DNA of 64,000 nt from Candidatus Omnitrophota bacterium (GTDB lineage Bacteria > Omnitrophota > Gorgyraeia > Zapsychrales > Zapsychraceae). The stretch covers positions 25,533 through 89,532 of the forward strand of contig DATDQB010000023.1 in the NCBI GenBank assembly GCA_035292445.1, read 5' to 3'. A model generated the notes under the pieces. It did no database searches and was not told where the DNA came from. It saw only the letters and a program-made list of their open reading frames with translations. Numbering within the stretch: position 1 is the first letter of the stretch; each line of letters starts with the position of its first letter. The position numbers were made by a program, and so were the translations under genes. Below are positions 18,546 through 29,273 of the stretch, one piece after another.

Positions 18546-19401
18546 CAGGATAAAACAATTTTGGTTTGCCCCTTGTGATACGATTCGTTTGGATACGTTT
18601 CGTTTTGCGTTGGGGATCTTTCTTTTGCTTTACATGCACGAACGCTGGCTTTACGCCTCCGAGTGGCTGACGCCGGCGGGTTTTCACCCCTCCCCCGGAA
18701 ACCAGCCCTTTCATCCCTTAAGCGTTCCTTTGCTGCCGGAAGAGGCTTTGCCTTTTTTTGGGGCTGTCTTATTCGGCAGCATTTTCGCTTTTACCATCGG
18801 CTGGCATACCAAGTGGGTGGTTTGGGTGGTGTGGGCGTGTGTAAGTTATGTGACCTTTGCCGATCAGTACGCCGCTTATACTCTTAATAAATTGTCTGTC
18901 GTTTCTTTGTTCGTTCTGGCTTGCGCGAGTAAAGGGTCTTATTGGAGCGTTACCGATAGGAATATACCGCAGCAAAGCATTTGGGCAATCCGTATTTTAC
19001 AGGCGACTTTTGTGATTCAGTATTTTGCGGCCGGATGGAATAAGGCGGTTTTAGGGGATTGGCTGGACAGCCCCTTTATTTTATGGACGCACATGCAGGG
19101 GTATTATCGAACGGATGTCGCCGCCTGGTTATTGAATAATATACCCCTTAAAGGCTGGGCGTTCATGCAAATAAGCGCTTTATTGTTTGAGCTTCTTGTG
19201 CCGGTGCTTTTTATCATTCCTTCGGCGCGGCGCATCGGTTTTATCTGGGGAAGCTGTTTTCAGCTCATGATCGCCCTTTGCATGCATCAGCTCATTTATT
19301 TCATGTTGATCATGTGGTGTTTTTACATTGTTTTTATTGATGAAAAGACGCTGCATCGGTTCTATGATGTGTTTATACGAAAATTTAAGGTATTTAGATG
19401 A
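18535..19401 (+). CDS. HTTM-like polytopic membrane protein (vitamin-K-dependent gamma-carboxylase-related family)
   Basis: About 288 aa and multi-pass. Sequence character (FRFALGIFLLLYMHERW..., several aromatic-rich TM helices) resembles HTTM-domain proteins. Assignment made from memory of the family, not a database search. Confidence 0.45.
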   Translation: MNFDRIKQFWFAPCDTIRLDTFRFALGIFLLLYMHERWLYASEWLTPAGFHPSPGNQPFHPLSVPLLPEEALPFFGAVLFGSIFAFTIGWHTKWVVWVVWACVSYVTFADQYAAYTLNKLSVVSLFVLACASKGSYWSVTDRNIPQQSIWAIRILQATFVIQYFAAGWNKAVLGDWLDSPFILWTHMQGYYRTDVAAWLLNNIPLKGWAFMQISALLFELLVPVLFIIPSARRIGFIWGSCFQLMIALCMHQLIYFMLIMWCFYIVFIDEKTLHRFYDVFIRKFKVFR

Positions 19402-19955
19402 AATCAGGCCCAGCGCATTTAAAACAAATAATTTTTATTGTCGTCGCTTTATGGGCTCCTTTTATAAGCGGGTGTGACCAGCTCTACCGGCTATTACACA
19501 AAGAAGGGGCTGAAGAAAAGAAGATTATCGGGGAGGCGGAAACCCTCGAAAAGAACCCGAACATCGAAGAAGTCCAGCTCCTGCTGAAGATCTACGGATA
19601 CGACCCCGGCCCCATAGACGGCTTATTCGGCGGGCGTACGCGGGATGCGATCAAGCGGTTCCAAGAAGATAACGGGCTCAACCCGTCCCGTTTTGTGGAC
19701 CAGCAAACATGGGAAAAGCTAAGGATTTTTAAAGACAACGGGTTAATTGTCGATGGCCAGCTTAATGTCGCGTTGATCCAAAAATTGTTGAAGGCCGCTG
19801 GCTTTAACCCCGGAGCGGCCGACGGGGCCTTGGGGGCGAAAACGAAAGCGACCATCCTCGCCTTTCAGAAGGCGCAGCAGTTGAAGGCGGACGGGAAAGT
19901 CGGCTATAAAACGCTTACCGCGCTTTTGCAGTATTTATCCTCCTCCCAACAATGA
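19398..19955 (+). CDS. Lipoprotein with two peptidoglycan-binding (PG_binding_1) repeats
   Basis: Lipobox FISGC. Duplicated motif IDGxFGxxTxxAIxxFQ typical of PG-binding domain 1. Confidence 0.6.
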   Translation: MKSGPAHLKQIIFIVVALWAPFISGCDQLYRLLHKEGAEEKKIIGEAETLEKNPNIEEVQLLLKIYGYDPGPIDGLFGGRTRDAIKRFQEDNGLNPSRFVDQQTWEKLRIFKDNGLIVDGQLNVALIQKLLKAAGFNPGAADGALGAKTKATILAFQKAQQLKADGKVGYKTLTALLQYLSSSQQ

Positions 19956-20026
19956 AAGTCTTAAATTTTCTCGATTGATTTTTTGTTCTATGTTATGATT
20001 CTGTATTATTACTTTCAGGAAAGATC

Positions 20027-21163
20027 ATGAAAATCCATGAATATCAAGCTGTAGGCTTGTTTAAAAAAGCCGGTATACCGACTTCCGAAGGCAAGGTGGC
20101 CGTCCAGTTGAGCGAGGCGGTTTCCATCGCCAAGCGGCTGGGGTACCCGATTGTCTTAAAGGCCCAGGTTTTGGTCGGCGGCCGCGGCAAGGCCGGCGGG
20201 GTCAAGGTCGTTAGCACCCAGAAAGAGTTGGAAGAGAAATTTGAGCAGATAAGAAAGCTGAATATCAAAGGTTATGCCGTTGAACGGATTTACGTGGCCC
20301 GGGCCCTTGATATTAAGAAGGAATACTACCTCTCCTGCATTGTCGATAACAACGCAAGCGATGTGGTCGTTATCGCCAGCGCCGCCGGCGGCATTGACAT
20401 CGAGGAAACGGCCAAAACCAACCCCAAGGCGATAAAAAAGTTTTATTTAAACGGAAGCAGGCAACCGGATGCCAAGCAGCTGACCGCTTTTATCCATTCC
20501 GTTCTTACGAGCCCGGCCCACCAGAAGCAAGCCGTAGATATCGCTGAAAAATTGATTAAACTTTTTTTTGAAAATGATTGTTCGTTGGCGGAGATCAATC
20601 CATTGGTCGTTAATGAAAAGAATTCTTTGGTCGCCGGCGATGCCAAGGTCGTTCTGGATGATAACGGGCTCTTTCGCCATAAAGACCTTCAGGCGTTAAG
20701 AGATATCAAATATGAAGATTTGGATGAGCTGGAGGCCAAGGAAAAGAATTTGAGTTTTGTCAAGCTCGACGGCAACGTCGGTTGTATCGTCAATGGAGCG
20801 GGGCTGGCGATGGCAACCATGGACATCGTGAAGCTGGTCGGCGGGCAGCCGGCGAACTTCCTGGATGTGGGAGGAAGCTCGAATCCGGAAAAAGTGCTGA
20901 ACGCTTTAAAAATCATCCTGAAGAATAAAAACATCAAAGCCATTTTGATCAACATTTTCGGCGGCATCACCCGCTGCGATGATATTGCCCAAGGCATCAT
21001 CCAGGCCAGAGCACAGATCAACATTCCCGTTCCTTTGGTGGTGCGCTTAACCGGAACCAACGAAGAGATCGCCAAGAAAATGTTATTGACGGAAGGAATT
21101 CAAACCTTTGCCACGATGCGGGAGGGTGTCAACAGGGTTGTGGAGTTGGCGAGAAAAGTATGA
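20027..21163 (+). CDS. sucC: Succinyl-CoA synthetase beta subunit
   Basis: ATP-grasp N-terminus [18 protein letters not shown] and CoA-ligase C-terminus. Confidence 0.9.
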   Translation: MKIHEYQAVGLFKKAGIPTSEGKVAVQLSEAVSIAKRLGYPIVLKAQVLVGGRGKAGGVKVVSTQKELEEKFEQIRKLNIKGYAVERIYVARALDIKKEYYLSCIVDNNASDVVVIASAAGGIDIEETAKTNPKAIKKFYLNGSRQPDAKQLTAFIHSVLTSPAHQKQAVDIAEKLIKLFFENDCSLAEINPLVVNEKNSLVAGDAKVVLDDNGLFRHKDLQALRDIKYEDLDELEAKEKNLSFVKLDGNVGCIVNGAGLAMATMDIVKLVGGQPANFLDVGGSSNPEKVLNALKIILKNKNIKAILINIFGGITRCDDIAQGIIQARAQINIPVPLVVRLTGTNEEIAKKMLLTEGIQTFATMREGVNRVVELARKV

Positions 21164-22029
21164 GTATTCTGATTGACAGCTCATCTAAGGTTATTGTCCA
21201 GGGCATTACCGGCCGGGACGGCTCTTTTCATGCCGAACGCATGAAGGAATACGGCACCAAAATTGTCGGCGGTGTCACCCCGGGCAAAGGCGGCCAGGAA
21301 GCGGCCGGCGTTCCGGTTTTTAATACGGTTAAAGAAGCTAAAAAAAAGACAGGTGCGGATACAGCGGTCATTTATGTGCCGGCGGCGTTTGCGAAAGCGG
21401 CTGTCTTGGAAGATATCGAGGCCGGTATGGAGCTGGTGATCTGTATTACCGAAGGGATCCCGGTCTTGGACATGGTTGAGGTGGCCAGGGCGTTGAAAAA
21501 ATCCAAAACGCGCCTTATCGGCCCCAACTGCCCTGGGGTTATATCTCCAGGCAAGTCAAAGGTAGGTATTATGCCGGGGCATATTCATAAGCCCGGTCCC
21601 ATCGGAGTTGTTTCCAGAAGCGGAACTCTCACATATGAAGTTGTTTATAACCTGACGTTAGGCGGGTTGGGCCAATCCACATGCGTTGGCTTGGGCGGCG
21701 ACCCTATTATAGGCACCCGTTTTGTCGAGGTCCTGGAAATGTTTATGAAGGATAAAGAGACAAAAGGGGTTGTCATGGTGGGGGAGATCGGTGGCCATGA
21801 TGAGCAGGCCGCAGCCGTGTACATCAAAAAACACGCCAAAAAACCCATTGTCGGCTTCATCGCCGGGCGCACCGCCCCTGAAGGAAAGCGCATGGGCCAT
21901 GCGGGGGCCATTATATCCTCCGGAGAGAGCACGGCCGAGGCCAAACGCCGCGTTCTTTCGGATGCGGGCGTTATAGTCGTTGATTTTCCCGATGAAATTC
22001 CTACCGTTTTTAAACAAAAGCTGAAATAA
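21160..22029 (+). CDS. sucD: Succinyl-CoA synthetase alpha subunit
   Basis: CoA-binding [11 protein letters not shown] motif and phosphohistidine loop (GHAGAIIS). Confidence 0.9.
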   Translation: MSILIDSSSKVIVQGITGRDGSFHAERMKEYGTKIVGGVTPGKGGQEAAGVPVFNTVKEAKKKTGADTAVIYVPAAFAKAAVLEDIEAGMELVICITEGIPVLDMVEVARALKKSKTRLIGPNCPGVISPGKSKVGIMPGHIHKPGPIGVVSRSGTLTYEVVYNLTLGGLGQSTCVGLGGDPIIGTRFVEVLEMFMKDKETKGVVMVGEIGGHDEQAAAVYIKKHAKKPIVGFIAGRTAPEGKRMGHAGAIISSGESTAEAKRRVLSDAGVIVVDFPDEIPTVFKQKLK

Positions 22030-22081
22030 ATTCCCCGCCCCGCATCAATCGTATTATAATATTTAAATCCAAAGGATTCCT

Positions 22082-23185
22082 ATGCCCCGCAAGCGGCTTA
22101 AAAACATATTTCTTTCCTCCATTCATCAAAACGCCGGCAAGACCACCATGTCGGTCGGGCTTTTCAAGGTGTTTCAAGAGCGGCGGATCAAAACGGCCTT
22201 TCTAAAGCCGGTCGGCCAGGAGGTGGTCAATATCGGGGAGCGCAATATCGATAAGGATTCGTACCTCATCGGCAGTGTTTTCCGCATCGGCCGGCGTTAT
22301 CATGAAATGAATCCGGTCACCATCGGCCGCGGCTATACCGAAAAGTATATTTTCAACCCCCATAAAGAACAGCTTCAATCGGCCATTGAGCAATCGTTTC
22401 ACAGCTTGACCAAGGGAAAAGACGCCATCATCGTTGAGGGAACGGGCCATGCGGGCGTGGGTTCCGTTATCGATTTTTCGAACGCGGATGTGGCCAAATT
22501 GTTGGGGTCGAAAGTGATCATTGTCAGCGAGGGAGGCATCGGCAAATGCATTGACGAAGTGATCTTAAACAAGGGGCTGTTCGATTTGCGCGGCGTTGAG
22601 GTGCTGGGGGTTATCGTCAATAAAGTCATGCCGGAGAAATTTCAAAAGGTCAAAAGGGCGCTCACTCAAGGATTTGAGAATAAAGGGATTCGTCTGTTAG
22701 GCATCGTCCCGGTCGACCCGTTGCTTAGTGCCCCAACGGTGGAGCAGGTCAGGGACCGGCTTAATTTGCGGTTACTTTGCGGCCGGGCCAGCATCAGGCG
22801 CCGCATTAAAGACACGATCGTCGCCGCCATGGAGCCGCACAACATGATTCATTATCTTAAAGACGGTACGCTCGTCATCACTTCAGGGGATCGGGTGGAC
22901 AATATTTTATTAGCCGTCAGTTCCCATGTGGTCGGGGACGGGCGGAGTTTCCAGATTTCGGGGATTATATTAACCGGCGGGCTTAAGCCGAACCCGGAGA
23001 TCATCGATCTTTTGAAAAAAAGCCATATTCCCGTTATGTTGACGCGGGAAGATACGTATGCGGTGGCGGCGAAAATCGAACATTTGGTCTGTAAGATCCA
23101 AAAAACGGATAAGGATAAAATCGAAGAAGCGACCCAGCTTGTTAAAGAACATATTGATTACGAGTATATTATTAACAATGCCTAG
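22082..23185 (+). CDS. Stand-alone Pta-N-terminal-like protein (P-loop BioD-like plus DRTGG domains), no phosphotransacetylase catalytic domain
   Basis: N-terminal GKTTMSVGL P-loop-like segment and a central/C-terminal DRTGG-like region (LVITSGDRVDNILLA). Placement from memory of Pta N-terminal architecture. Confidence 0.5.
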   Translation: MPRKRLKNIFLSSIHQNAGKTTMSVGLFKVFQERRIKTAFLKPVGQEVVNIGERNIDKDSYLIGSVFRIGRRYHEMNPVTIGRGYTEKYIFNPHKEQLQSAIEQSFHSLTKGKDAIIVEGTGHAGVGSVIDFSNADVAKLLGSKVIIVSEGGIGKCIDEVILNKGLFDLRGVEVLGVIVNKVMPEKFQKVKRALTQGFENKGIRLLGIVPVDPLLSAPTVEQVRDRLNLRLLCGRASIRRRIKDTIVAAMEPHNMIHYLKDGTLVITSGDRVDNILLAVSSHVVGDGRSFQISGIILTGGLKPNPEIIDLLKKSHIPVMLTREDTYAVAAKIEHLVCKIQKTDKDKIEEATQLVKEHIDYEYIINNA

Positions 23186-23322
23186 GTTATTTAAGGGAAA
23201 AAGAGCCCGATAATTAATCGTAATATTTTATTGATTCCTCCGGGGCAAAGGGATAATATACCAATTTATTCTAATCCTTTCGTAGTCAAATCTTTAAAAA
23301 TAATCAGCTAAAGAGCAAGAAT

Positions 23323-23341
23323 ATCCGGTTAATAACCGGAT
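23323..23341. promoter_or_regulatory. 19-bp perfect palindrome ATCCGGTTA-A-TAACCGGAT 16 nt upstream of nqrA (candidate operator)
   Basis: Read directly from the sequence. Sits between a -10-like region and the nqrA start. Confidence 0.3.
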
Positions 23342-23356
23342 AAGGACAAATGTCTT

Positions 23357-24706
23357 ATGGCGCATTTCCAAATACGCAAAGGGCGGGATATCAAATTAAA
23401 GGGGGCGGCTGAGAAGAGGGTTGTCGGGCTACCGCTTCCGTCCAAGGTCGCCATTCAGCCTTTGGAATTTCGCGGACTTAAATTGCGCCCTGCGGTCAAA
23501 GAGCAGGATCTGGTCAAAGTCGGAAGCGTTTTATTGACCGATAAATATAACCCTGATATTAGGATCGTTTCTCCGGTGAGCGGTAAGGTCGCCGCGATCG
23601 TCCGCGGCGAAAAAAGAGTGCTGACAGCTGTTATCATTGATACCGACGGTAGACAAGAAGCCACTATCTACCCGCCATATTCTAAAGACAAAATCGGAAA
23701 CCTATCACGAGAAGAGATCCTCAGCCGCCTTTTGGAAGGCGGCGTCTGGCCGTGTATCCGCCAAAGGCCATTTTCCAAAGTAGCCAATCCGCACGATACG
23801 CCAAAAGCGGTTTTTGTTCAGGCCATGAATACGGAACCGTTGGCCCCGGATATCGATGTGATCCTTAAGGGCCGGGAAGAAGAGTTTCAGGCCGGATTAG
23901 ATGTATTAAGGAAGTTAACTCCCGGGGATGTCCATTTGTGCTGTGATGCCAAGGCAACCTCGCCCGTTTCAAGTCAATCGAAAAATGTCCGCATTCATCA
24001 GTTTTCCGGCCCTCATCCGGCCGGTAACGTCAGCACCCACATCCACCACATCGCCCCGATTAAAAAAGGGGATATTGTTTGGTATGTGCGCGCGGAAGAT
24101 GTCTTGCGCGTTGCTGCGCTTTTCTTAAAAGGCGTGTTTTCGCCGGAGCGTTATGTGGCTATTACGGGAGAAGGGGCGGATAGGCGCCTTTACGCTAAAA
24201 CAGTTGTCGGCGCCTCTGTCAGCAGTCTTTTGGAAGGGAAGCTCAAAGCCGATATGCGCTATATTTCAGGAAGCATTTTGGTCGGGACCAATGCCGGGCA
24301 ACAGGGGTATCTGGGCTTTTATGATTCGCAGATTACGGTTATTCCTGAGGGTGGCAAGAGGCATCTTTTGGGATGGCTGAACCCGGGCTTTAAGTCCTAT
24401 AGTTTTTCGAAAACGTTTGTTTCGTCTTTTTTGCCGCAGCAAGAAGTCAGCGTGGATACGGACATTAACGGCAGTGAGCGCGCGATTGTGTTAAATCATG
24501 TTTATGACCAGTATGTTCCCCTCGATATTATGACATTTTTTCTTCTTCGGGCGGTGGTGGCCGGTGACATTGAAGAGGCCGAGAAGTTGGGGATTTTGGA
24601 GTGCGATGAGGAAGATTTTGCCCTTTGTTCTTTTGCTTGTCCTTCAAAAGTGGATGTGGGTGCGGTTATCCGCGGCGGGCTTGATGAGATCGAAAAAGAA
24701 GGATAA
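23357..24706 (+). CDS. nqrA: Na+-translocating NADH:quinone oxidoreductase subunit A
   Basis: Size and sequence typical of NqrA; first gene of a six-gene nqr block. Confidence 0.85.
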   Translation: MAHFQIRKGRDIKLKGAAEKRVVGLPLPSKVAIQPLEFRGLKLRPAVKEQDLVKVGSVLLTDKYNPDIRIVSPVSGKVAAIVRGEKRVLTAVIIDTDGRQEATIYPPYSKDKIGNLSREEILSRLLEGGVWPCIRQRPFSKVANPHDTPKAVFVQAMNTEPLAPDIDVILKGREEEFQAGLDVLRKLTPGDVHLCCDAKATSPVSSQSKNVRIHQFSGPHPAGNVSTHIHHIAPIKKGDIVWYVRAEDVLRVAALFLKGVFSPERYVAITGEGADRRLYAKTVVGASVSSLLEGKLKADMRYISGSILVGTNAGQQGYLGFYDSQITVIPEGGKRHLLGWLNPGFKSYSFSKTFVSSFLPQQEVSVDTDINGSERAIVLNHVYDQYVPLDIMTFFLLRAVVAGDIEEAEKLGILECDEEDFALCSFACPSKVDVGAVIRGGLDEIEKEG

Positions 24707-24724
24707 AAAATTTAAGGCACATCG

Positions 24725-25897
24725 ATGAAATTACTTGAAAAACAATTGAAAAAGATCGAACATCTTTTCGAAAAGGGGAAACCGTTGGAGAAATTTTATC
24801 CCCTTTTTGAGGCGCTCGATACTTTTTTAATGACACCGGGCAAAGTTACCCAAAGGGGGCCGCACATCCGTGATGCGGTGGATATTAAAAGAGTCATGGT
24901 ATTTGTCATCATCGCGCTTATTCCAACAACTTTGATGGGGATTTACAATGCGGGGTATCAGATATTGGTTGCCAAGGGATTGTCTGCGGATTTCGGACAA
25001 TGCTGGCTTTTGGGCGCGCAAAAAATCATCCCGATCATCCTGGTTTCTTATTTAGCCGGCGGGGTATGGGAAGTCTTATTCGCCGTTGTTCGTAAGCATG
25101 AGATCAATGAAGGATTTTTGGTCACCGGCCTTCTTTTTCCCTTAACGTTGCCGCCGGACATGCCGTTATGGCAAGTGGCGGTTGGTATTTCTTTTGGCGT
25201 TGTTTTTGGAAAAGAGATTTTCGGCGGGACAGGGATGAATATCTTTAACCCGGCATTAGTGGCGCGGGCGTTCGTGTTTTTCGCCTATCCGGCGCAAATG
25301 TCAGGCTCGAACATTTGGGTGGCGGTCGATGGCTTCACGCGCGCCACACCCTTGGCCGTTGCCAAGGAGATCGCCAAAGGCCAGCCGGTGTTGCAGGGAT
25401 TACAGGATGCTGGGTACAACTTAAGCAATATGTTCTATGGTTTTATTCCCGGCTCTATCGGAGAAACCTCGGCCTTGGCGTGTGTTATCGGGCTTATTTT
25501 CCTTTTAATTACGGGAGTGGCCAGCTGGAGAACGGTTGCCGGCTCTGTTTTTGGGATGTTGGCGATGGCCAGTGTTTTTTATCTTTTGCGCGGGCCCGAT
25601 AAATTGGCCATTTTCGCGCTTCCGCCGCACTGGCATTTGGTGATGGGAGGCTTCGCCTTTGGAGCCGTGTTCATGGTGACGGATCCGGTTTCTTCGTGTT
25701 ACACTGATGCGGGCCGCTGGATCTTCGGATTTTTAGTCGGGGTATTAACGATCCTTATCCGGGTGGTCAATCCGGCGTACCCCGAGGGGGTCATGCTCTC
25801 GATTTTATTTATGAATGCCTTTGCGCCTTTAATTGACCATTTTGTGGTGGAGGCGCACATTGGAAAAAGACAGAAGTTTCTTAGTAAAACAATATAA
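24725..25897 (+). CDS. nqrB: Na+-NQR subunit B
   Basis: Polytopic; FMN-attachment region and NqrB/RnfD-like fold. Confidence 0.85.
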   Translation: MKLLEKQLKKIEHLFEKGKPLEKFYPLFEALDTFLMTPGKVTQRGPHIRDAVDIKRVMVFVIIALIPTTLMGIYNAGYQILVAKGLSADFGQCWLLGAQKIIPIILVSYLAGGVWEVLFAVVRKHEINEGFLVTGLLFPLTLPPDMPLWQVAVGISFGVVFGKEIFGGTGMNIFNPALVARAFVFFAYPAQMSGSNIWVAVDGFTRATPLAVAKEIAKGQPVLQGLQDAGYNLSNMFYGFIPGSIGETSALACVIGLIFLLITGVASWRTVAGSVFGMLAMASVFYLLRGPDKLAIFALPPHWHLVMGGFAFGAVFMVTDPVSSCYTDAGRWIFGFLVGVLTILIRVVNPAYPEGVMLSILFMNAFAPLIDHFVVEAHIGKRQKFLSKTI

Positions 25898-25900
25898 GCC

Positions 25901-26629
25901 ATGATTGATACAAAAAGTAACCAATATGCCTTTATTTTCGCGATCATTGTTTGTGTGGTTTGCGGCGTTTTGCTTTCGGCGGTTTCCGAAGGCTTAAGAA
26001 AACGCCAGGAGATCAACGTGGATTTGGATATTAAGAAAAATATTCTCAAGGCGGTTGTTTTGGAGGTGCCCATTCCACAGAAGGCAAAGCCGCAAGAGGT
26101 CCTTGAGATTTATAAAACCAAGATAGAAGAGCATGTCATTGATGGGCAAGGAAATATCATTGAGGGCCGAAAGCCGGCGGATATTAAGAAGGGTGAAAAA
26201 GGGGTTTATCCCTTGTATATTTATAGTGAAGGCGGGAAAGTCAAATCCTATGCTTTTCCTATCGTTGGACAAGGGCTGTGGTCGACGCTTTACGGTTATT
26301 TGGCGCTGGAGGGGGATGCCACCACGGTGCGGGGGATCACTTTTTATAAGCACGGAGAAACGCCGGGGCTGGGCGCTGAAATAGAAAAAGCGTGGTTTCA
26401 GGACAATTTTAAAGGAAAGACGATTTATTCCATTAAAAAGCAAGAGTTAACGCCTATTGCGGTGGTTAAGGGTAAAGCGGCGGATGTTTATCAAGATAAT
26501 CCCGAGGCGGCCAAATATCATGTGGACGGTATTACGGCGGCAACGATAACCAGCAGCGGTGTCACGGAAATGATGGACCGCACGCTGAGGGCGTACGAGC
26601 CGTATTTTAGCAAGGTCAGAAAAATATAG
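25901..26629 (+). CDS. nqrC: Na+-NQR subunit C
   Basis: Single N-terminal TM and the covalent-FMN motif DGITAATITS. Confidence 0.85.
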   Translation: MIDTKSNQYAFIFAIIVCVVCGVLLSAVSEGLRKRQEINVDLDIKKNILKAVVLEVPIPQKAKPQEVLEIYKTKIEEHVIDGQGNIIEGRKPADIKKGEKGVYPLYIYSEGGKVKSYAFPIVGQGLWSTLYGYLALEGDATTVRGITFYKHGETPGLGAEIEKAWFQDNFKGKTIYSIKKQELTPIAVVKGKAADVYQDNPEAAKYHVDGITAATITSSGVTEMMDRTLRAYEPYFSKVRKI

Positions 26630-26704
26630 TTCTCGCTGGATGCGGTTAAAGCGCTTGTATTGAGAGCGCAGGCATATTAATATTAAATCAAGGAGGCTAA
26701 ACCA

Positions 26705-27340
26705 ATGGCCGAAGCACTATTATCGAAGAAAAATAAAAAACTTGTTAAAGATGGTCTATGGGATGCCAATCCCCTTACCTTTCAAGTCTTAGGGATTTGT
26801 TCGTCGCTTGCGGTCACCACTCAGCTTAAGACGTCGTTGATCATGGCTTTTGGGCTCACGTTTGTTACAGCGATGTCGAATGTCGTGATTTCCTTAATGA
26901 GGAATTATATTCCCTCGAAAATTCGCATCATCGTTCAGCTGACGGTTGTTTCCGCCTTGGTAATCACAATTGACCAGATTTTGAAGGCGTACATGTACGA
27001 TGCCAGCAAACAGCTGAGCGTTTTTGTCGGGTTGATCATCACTAACTGTATTGTTGTGGGGCGCCTCGAAGCCTTTGCCATGAGCAATCCGCCATGGAAA
27101 TCGTTTTTGGATGGATTGGGAAATGGTTTGGGATACAGCGCCGTTTTGGTTATCTTAGGGATCATCAGGGAAATTTTTGGAAGCGGCACTTTATTGGGAT
27201 ATCACGTGATACCACGTTCTTTTTACGACGCCGGTTATGTGAATAACGGCATGCTGGTTTTGGCCCCGGGGGCGTTTTTCCTGTTGGGCTGTATTATCTG
27301 GATCCAACGGGCCATTTCAGGCTATGCGGAGGTGAAGTAA
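26705..27340 (+). CDS. nqrD: Na+-NQR subunit D
   Basis: NqrD/RnfE-like 6-TM protein, 211 aa. Confidence 0.85.
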   Translation: MAEALLSKKNKKLVKDGLWDANPLTFQVLGICSSLAVTTQLKTSLIMAFGLTFVTAMSNVVISLMRNYIPSKIRIIVQLTVVSALVITIDQILKAYMYDASKQLSVFVGLIITNCIVVGRLEAFAMSNPPWKSFLDGLGNGLGYSAVLVILGIIREIFGSGTLLGYHVIPRSFYDAGYVNNGMLVLAPGAFFLLGCIIWIQRAISGYAEVK

Positions 27341-27341
27341 A

Positions 27342-27950
27342 ATGATCCATTATGTCAATCTCGCCATAAAAAGTATTTTCGTCGAGAATATCCTTTTGGC
27401 TTTCTTTTTAGGGATGTGTTCTTTCCTGGCGTGCTCCAAAAAAGTTGAAACAGCCGTCGGCTTGGGTTTTGCGGTCGTGTTCGTTTTAACGATCACCACT
27501 CCGATTTGCTGGGCGGTTAAGAATTTTTTGCTTAAAAAAGGCGCGCTGGCTTGGACGGGTTTGTCCGATATCGACCTAAGCTTCCTGATTTTCATTTCTT
27601 TTATTGCCGTTATCGCGGCCATGACGCAAATTGTCGAAATGCTCGTAGAAAAATTAAGCCCGGCGTTATATAACGCTTTAGGGATTTTCTTGCCGCTTAT
27701 TGCGGTTAATTGCGCGATTTTAGGGGCGGCGCTTTTTATGGATCAGCGCAATTACAATTTCCCGGAATCGATCGTTTTCGGTTTTGGTTCCGGGGTGGGC
27801 TGGGCGTTGGCCATCATTTCCATGTCGGCCATTCGTAAAAAGCTTGATTATTCGAACATCCCCGCTCCGTTAAGAGGGCTTGGTATCACGATGCTTTTAA
27901 CAGGACTGATGTCGGTCGGCTTCATGTGCTTTGCCGGCATCAGACTTTAA
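27342..27950 (+). CDS. nqrE: Na+-NQR subunit E
   Basis: NqrE/RnfA-like, 202 aa. Confidence 0.85.
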   Translation: MIHYVNLAIKSIFVENILLAFFLGMCSFLACSKKVETAVGLGFAVVFVLTITTPICWAVKNFLLKKGALAWTGLSDIDLSFLIFISFIAVIAAMTQIVEMLVEKLSPALYNALGIFLPLIAVNCAILGAALFMDQRNYNFPESIVFGFGSGVGWALAIISMSAIRKKLDYSNIPAPLRGLGITMLLTGLMSVGFMCFAGIRL

Positions 27951-27976
27951 TAAAATTTTAGGATAAGGAAAGAAGT

Positions 27977-29209
27977 GTGGAGCTTTTAGGTTTTGTTACT
28001 ATTAGTACGGTTGTTTTTACCGGGCTTATCGTTCTTTTGGTCGCGATTCTTTCGTTCATCGAGGCCAAAGTCGTCAAAGCCGGAAATTGCAAGGTCTACA
28101 TCAATGATGATCCTAATCCTCTTCTTGTGTCCGCTGGGAAAAGCCTTCTTTTTACGCTAGCCAACACAAAAATTTTTCTTCCCTCCGCCTGCGGCGGCGG
28201 CGGCACCTGCGCGATGTGCAAATGCCAAGTGCTTGAAGGCGGCGGCAACATTTTGCCTACGGAAACCGGACAATTGACCCGCCGGGAACAAAAAAATCAT
28301 TACCGATTATCCTGCCAGGTGAAAGTCAGGAATGATCTTAAGATCCGCATTCCCGATGAGGTTTTTCATATTCAAAAATTTGACTGCACGGTTGTCAGCA
28401 ACAAAAATGTGGCCACGTTCATCAAAGAGCTCGTTCTAAAGCTTCCCGAAGGGCAAAATCTTAATTTCAAGGCTGGCGGTTATATTCAGATTGATGTTCC
28501 GGAATACGCGCTTACTTTCAAGGATTTTAAGATCGAAGAGAAATACCATCCCGATTGGAATAGATATAATCTGTGGGACCTGAAAGCCCAAAACGATGAG
28601 TCGACTTTCCGCGCGTATTCGATGGCCAACCATCCGGCCGAGGGCAATATCGTCATGCTTAATGTCCGAATCGCCACGCCTCCGCCGCGCGATATGAGCC
28701 TGCCCCCCGGCAAAGCCTCTTCCTACATGTTTAATCTTAAGCCAGGAGACAAAGTAGCGATCAGCGGGCCATACGGTGAATTTTTTATTAAGGATACCAA
28801 ACGCGAGATGCTTTATATTGGCGGCGGCGCTGGAATGGCGCCCATGCGAAGCCATTTGTTTCATTTATTTCATACGCTTAAAACCCGCGATCGAAAGGTC
28901 AGTTATTGGTACGGCGCCCGGTCAGTCAGAGAGATGTTTTATACCGAAGATTTTAAGAATATCGAAGCAAATTTTCCTAACTTCTCTTATCACATTGCCC
29001 TTTCAGAGCCGCTTCCCGAAGATAATTGGAGCGGGCCAAAGGGCTTTATCCACCAAGTCGTGTATGAGCAGTACCTTAAAAACCATCCTGAACCCGAAGA
29101 AGTTGAATACTATCTTTGTGGCCCACCTATGATGATCGATGCCGTCCAAAAAATGTTGGATTCTTTGGGCGTCCCTAAAGAGATGATCGCATTCGATTCG
29201 TTTGGATAA
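27977..29209 (+). CDS. nqrF: Na+-NQR subunit F (2Fe-2S ferredoxin, FAD and NADH domains)
   Basis: Ferredoxin cysteine cluster [12 protein letters not shown], then FAD-binding RAYSMAN and NAD-binding motifs. Confidence 0.9.
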   Translation: MELLGFVTISTVVFTGLIVLLVAILSFIEAKVVKAGNCKVYINDDPNPLLVSAGKSLLFTLANTKIFLPSACGGGGTCAMCKCQVLEGGGNILPTETGQLTRREQKNHYRLSCQVKVRNDLKIRIPDEVFHIQKFDCTVVSNKNVATFIKELVLKLPEGQNLNFKAGGYIQIDVPEYALTFKDFKIEEKYHPDWNRYNLWDLKAQNDESTFRAYSMANHPAEGNIVMLNVRIATPPPRDMSLPPGKASSYMFNLKPGDKVAISGPYGEFFIKDTKREMLYIGGGAGMAPMRSHLFHLFHTLKTRDRKVSYWYGARSVREMFYTEDFKNIEANFPNFSYHIALSEPLPEDNWSGPKGFIHQVVYEQYLKNHPEPEEVEYYLCGPPMMIDAVQKMLDSLGVPKEMIAFDSFG

Positions 29210-29273
29210 TAGTATAGGGTTAATAGTCAATAGTTAATAGGATCATGTCTTATCAGGCAGGCACTATTTACCA

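Noticed and set aside
29215-29265. Run of TAATAG/TTAATAG direct repeats after nqrF
   Set aside because: Short AT-rich stop-codon-dense spacer between convergent genes. Too short and irregular to call a functional repeat element.
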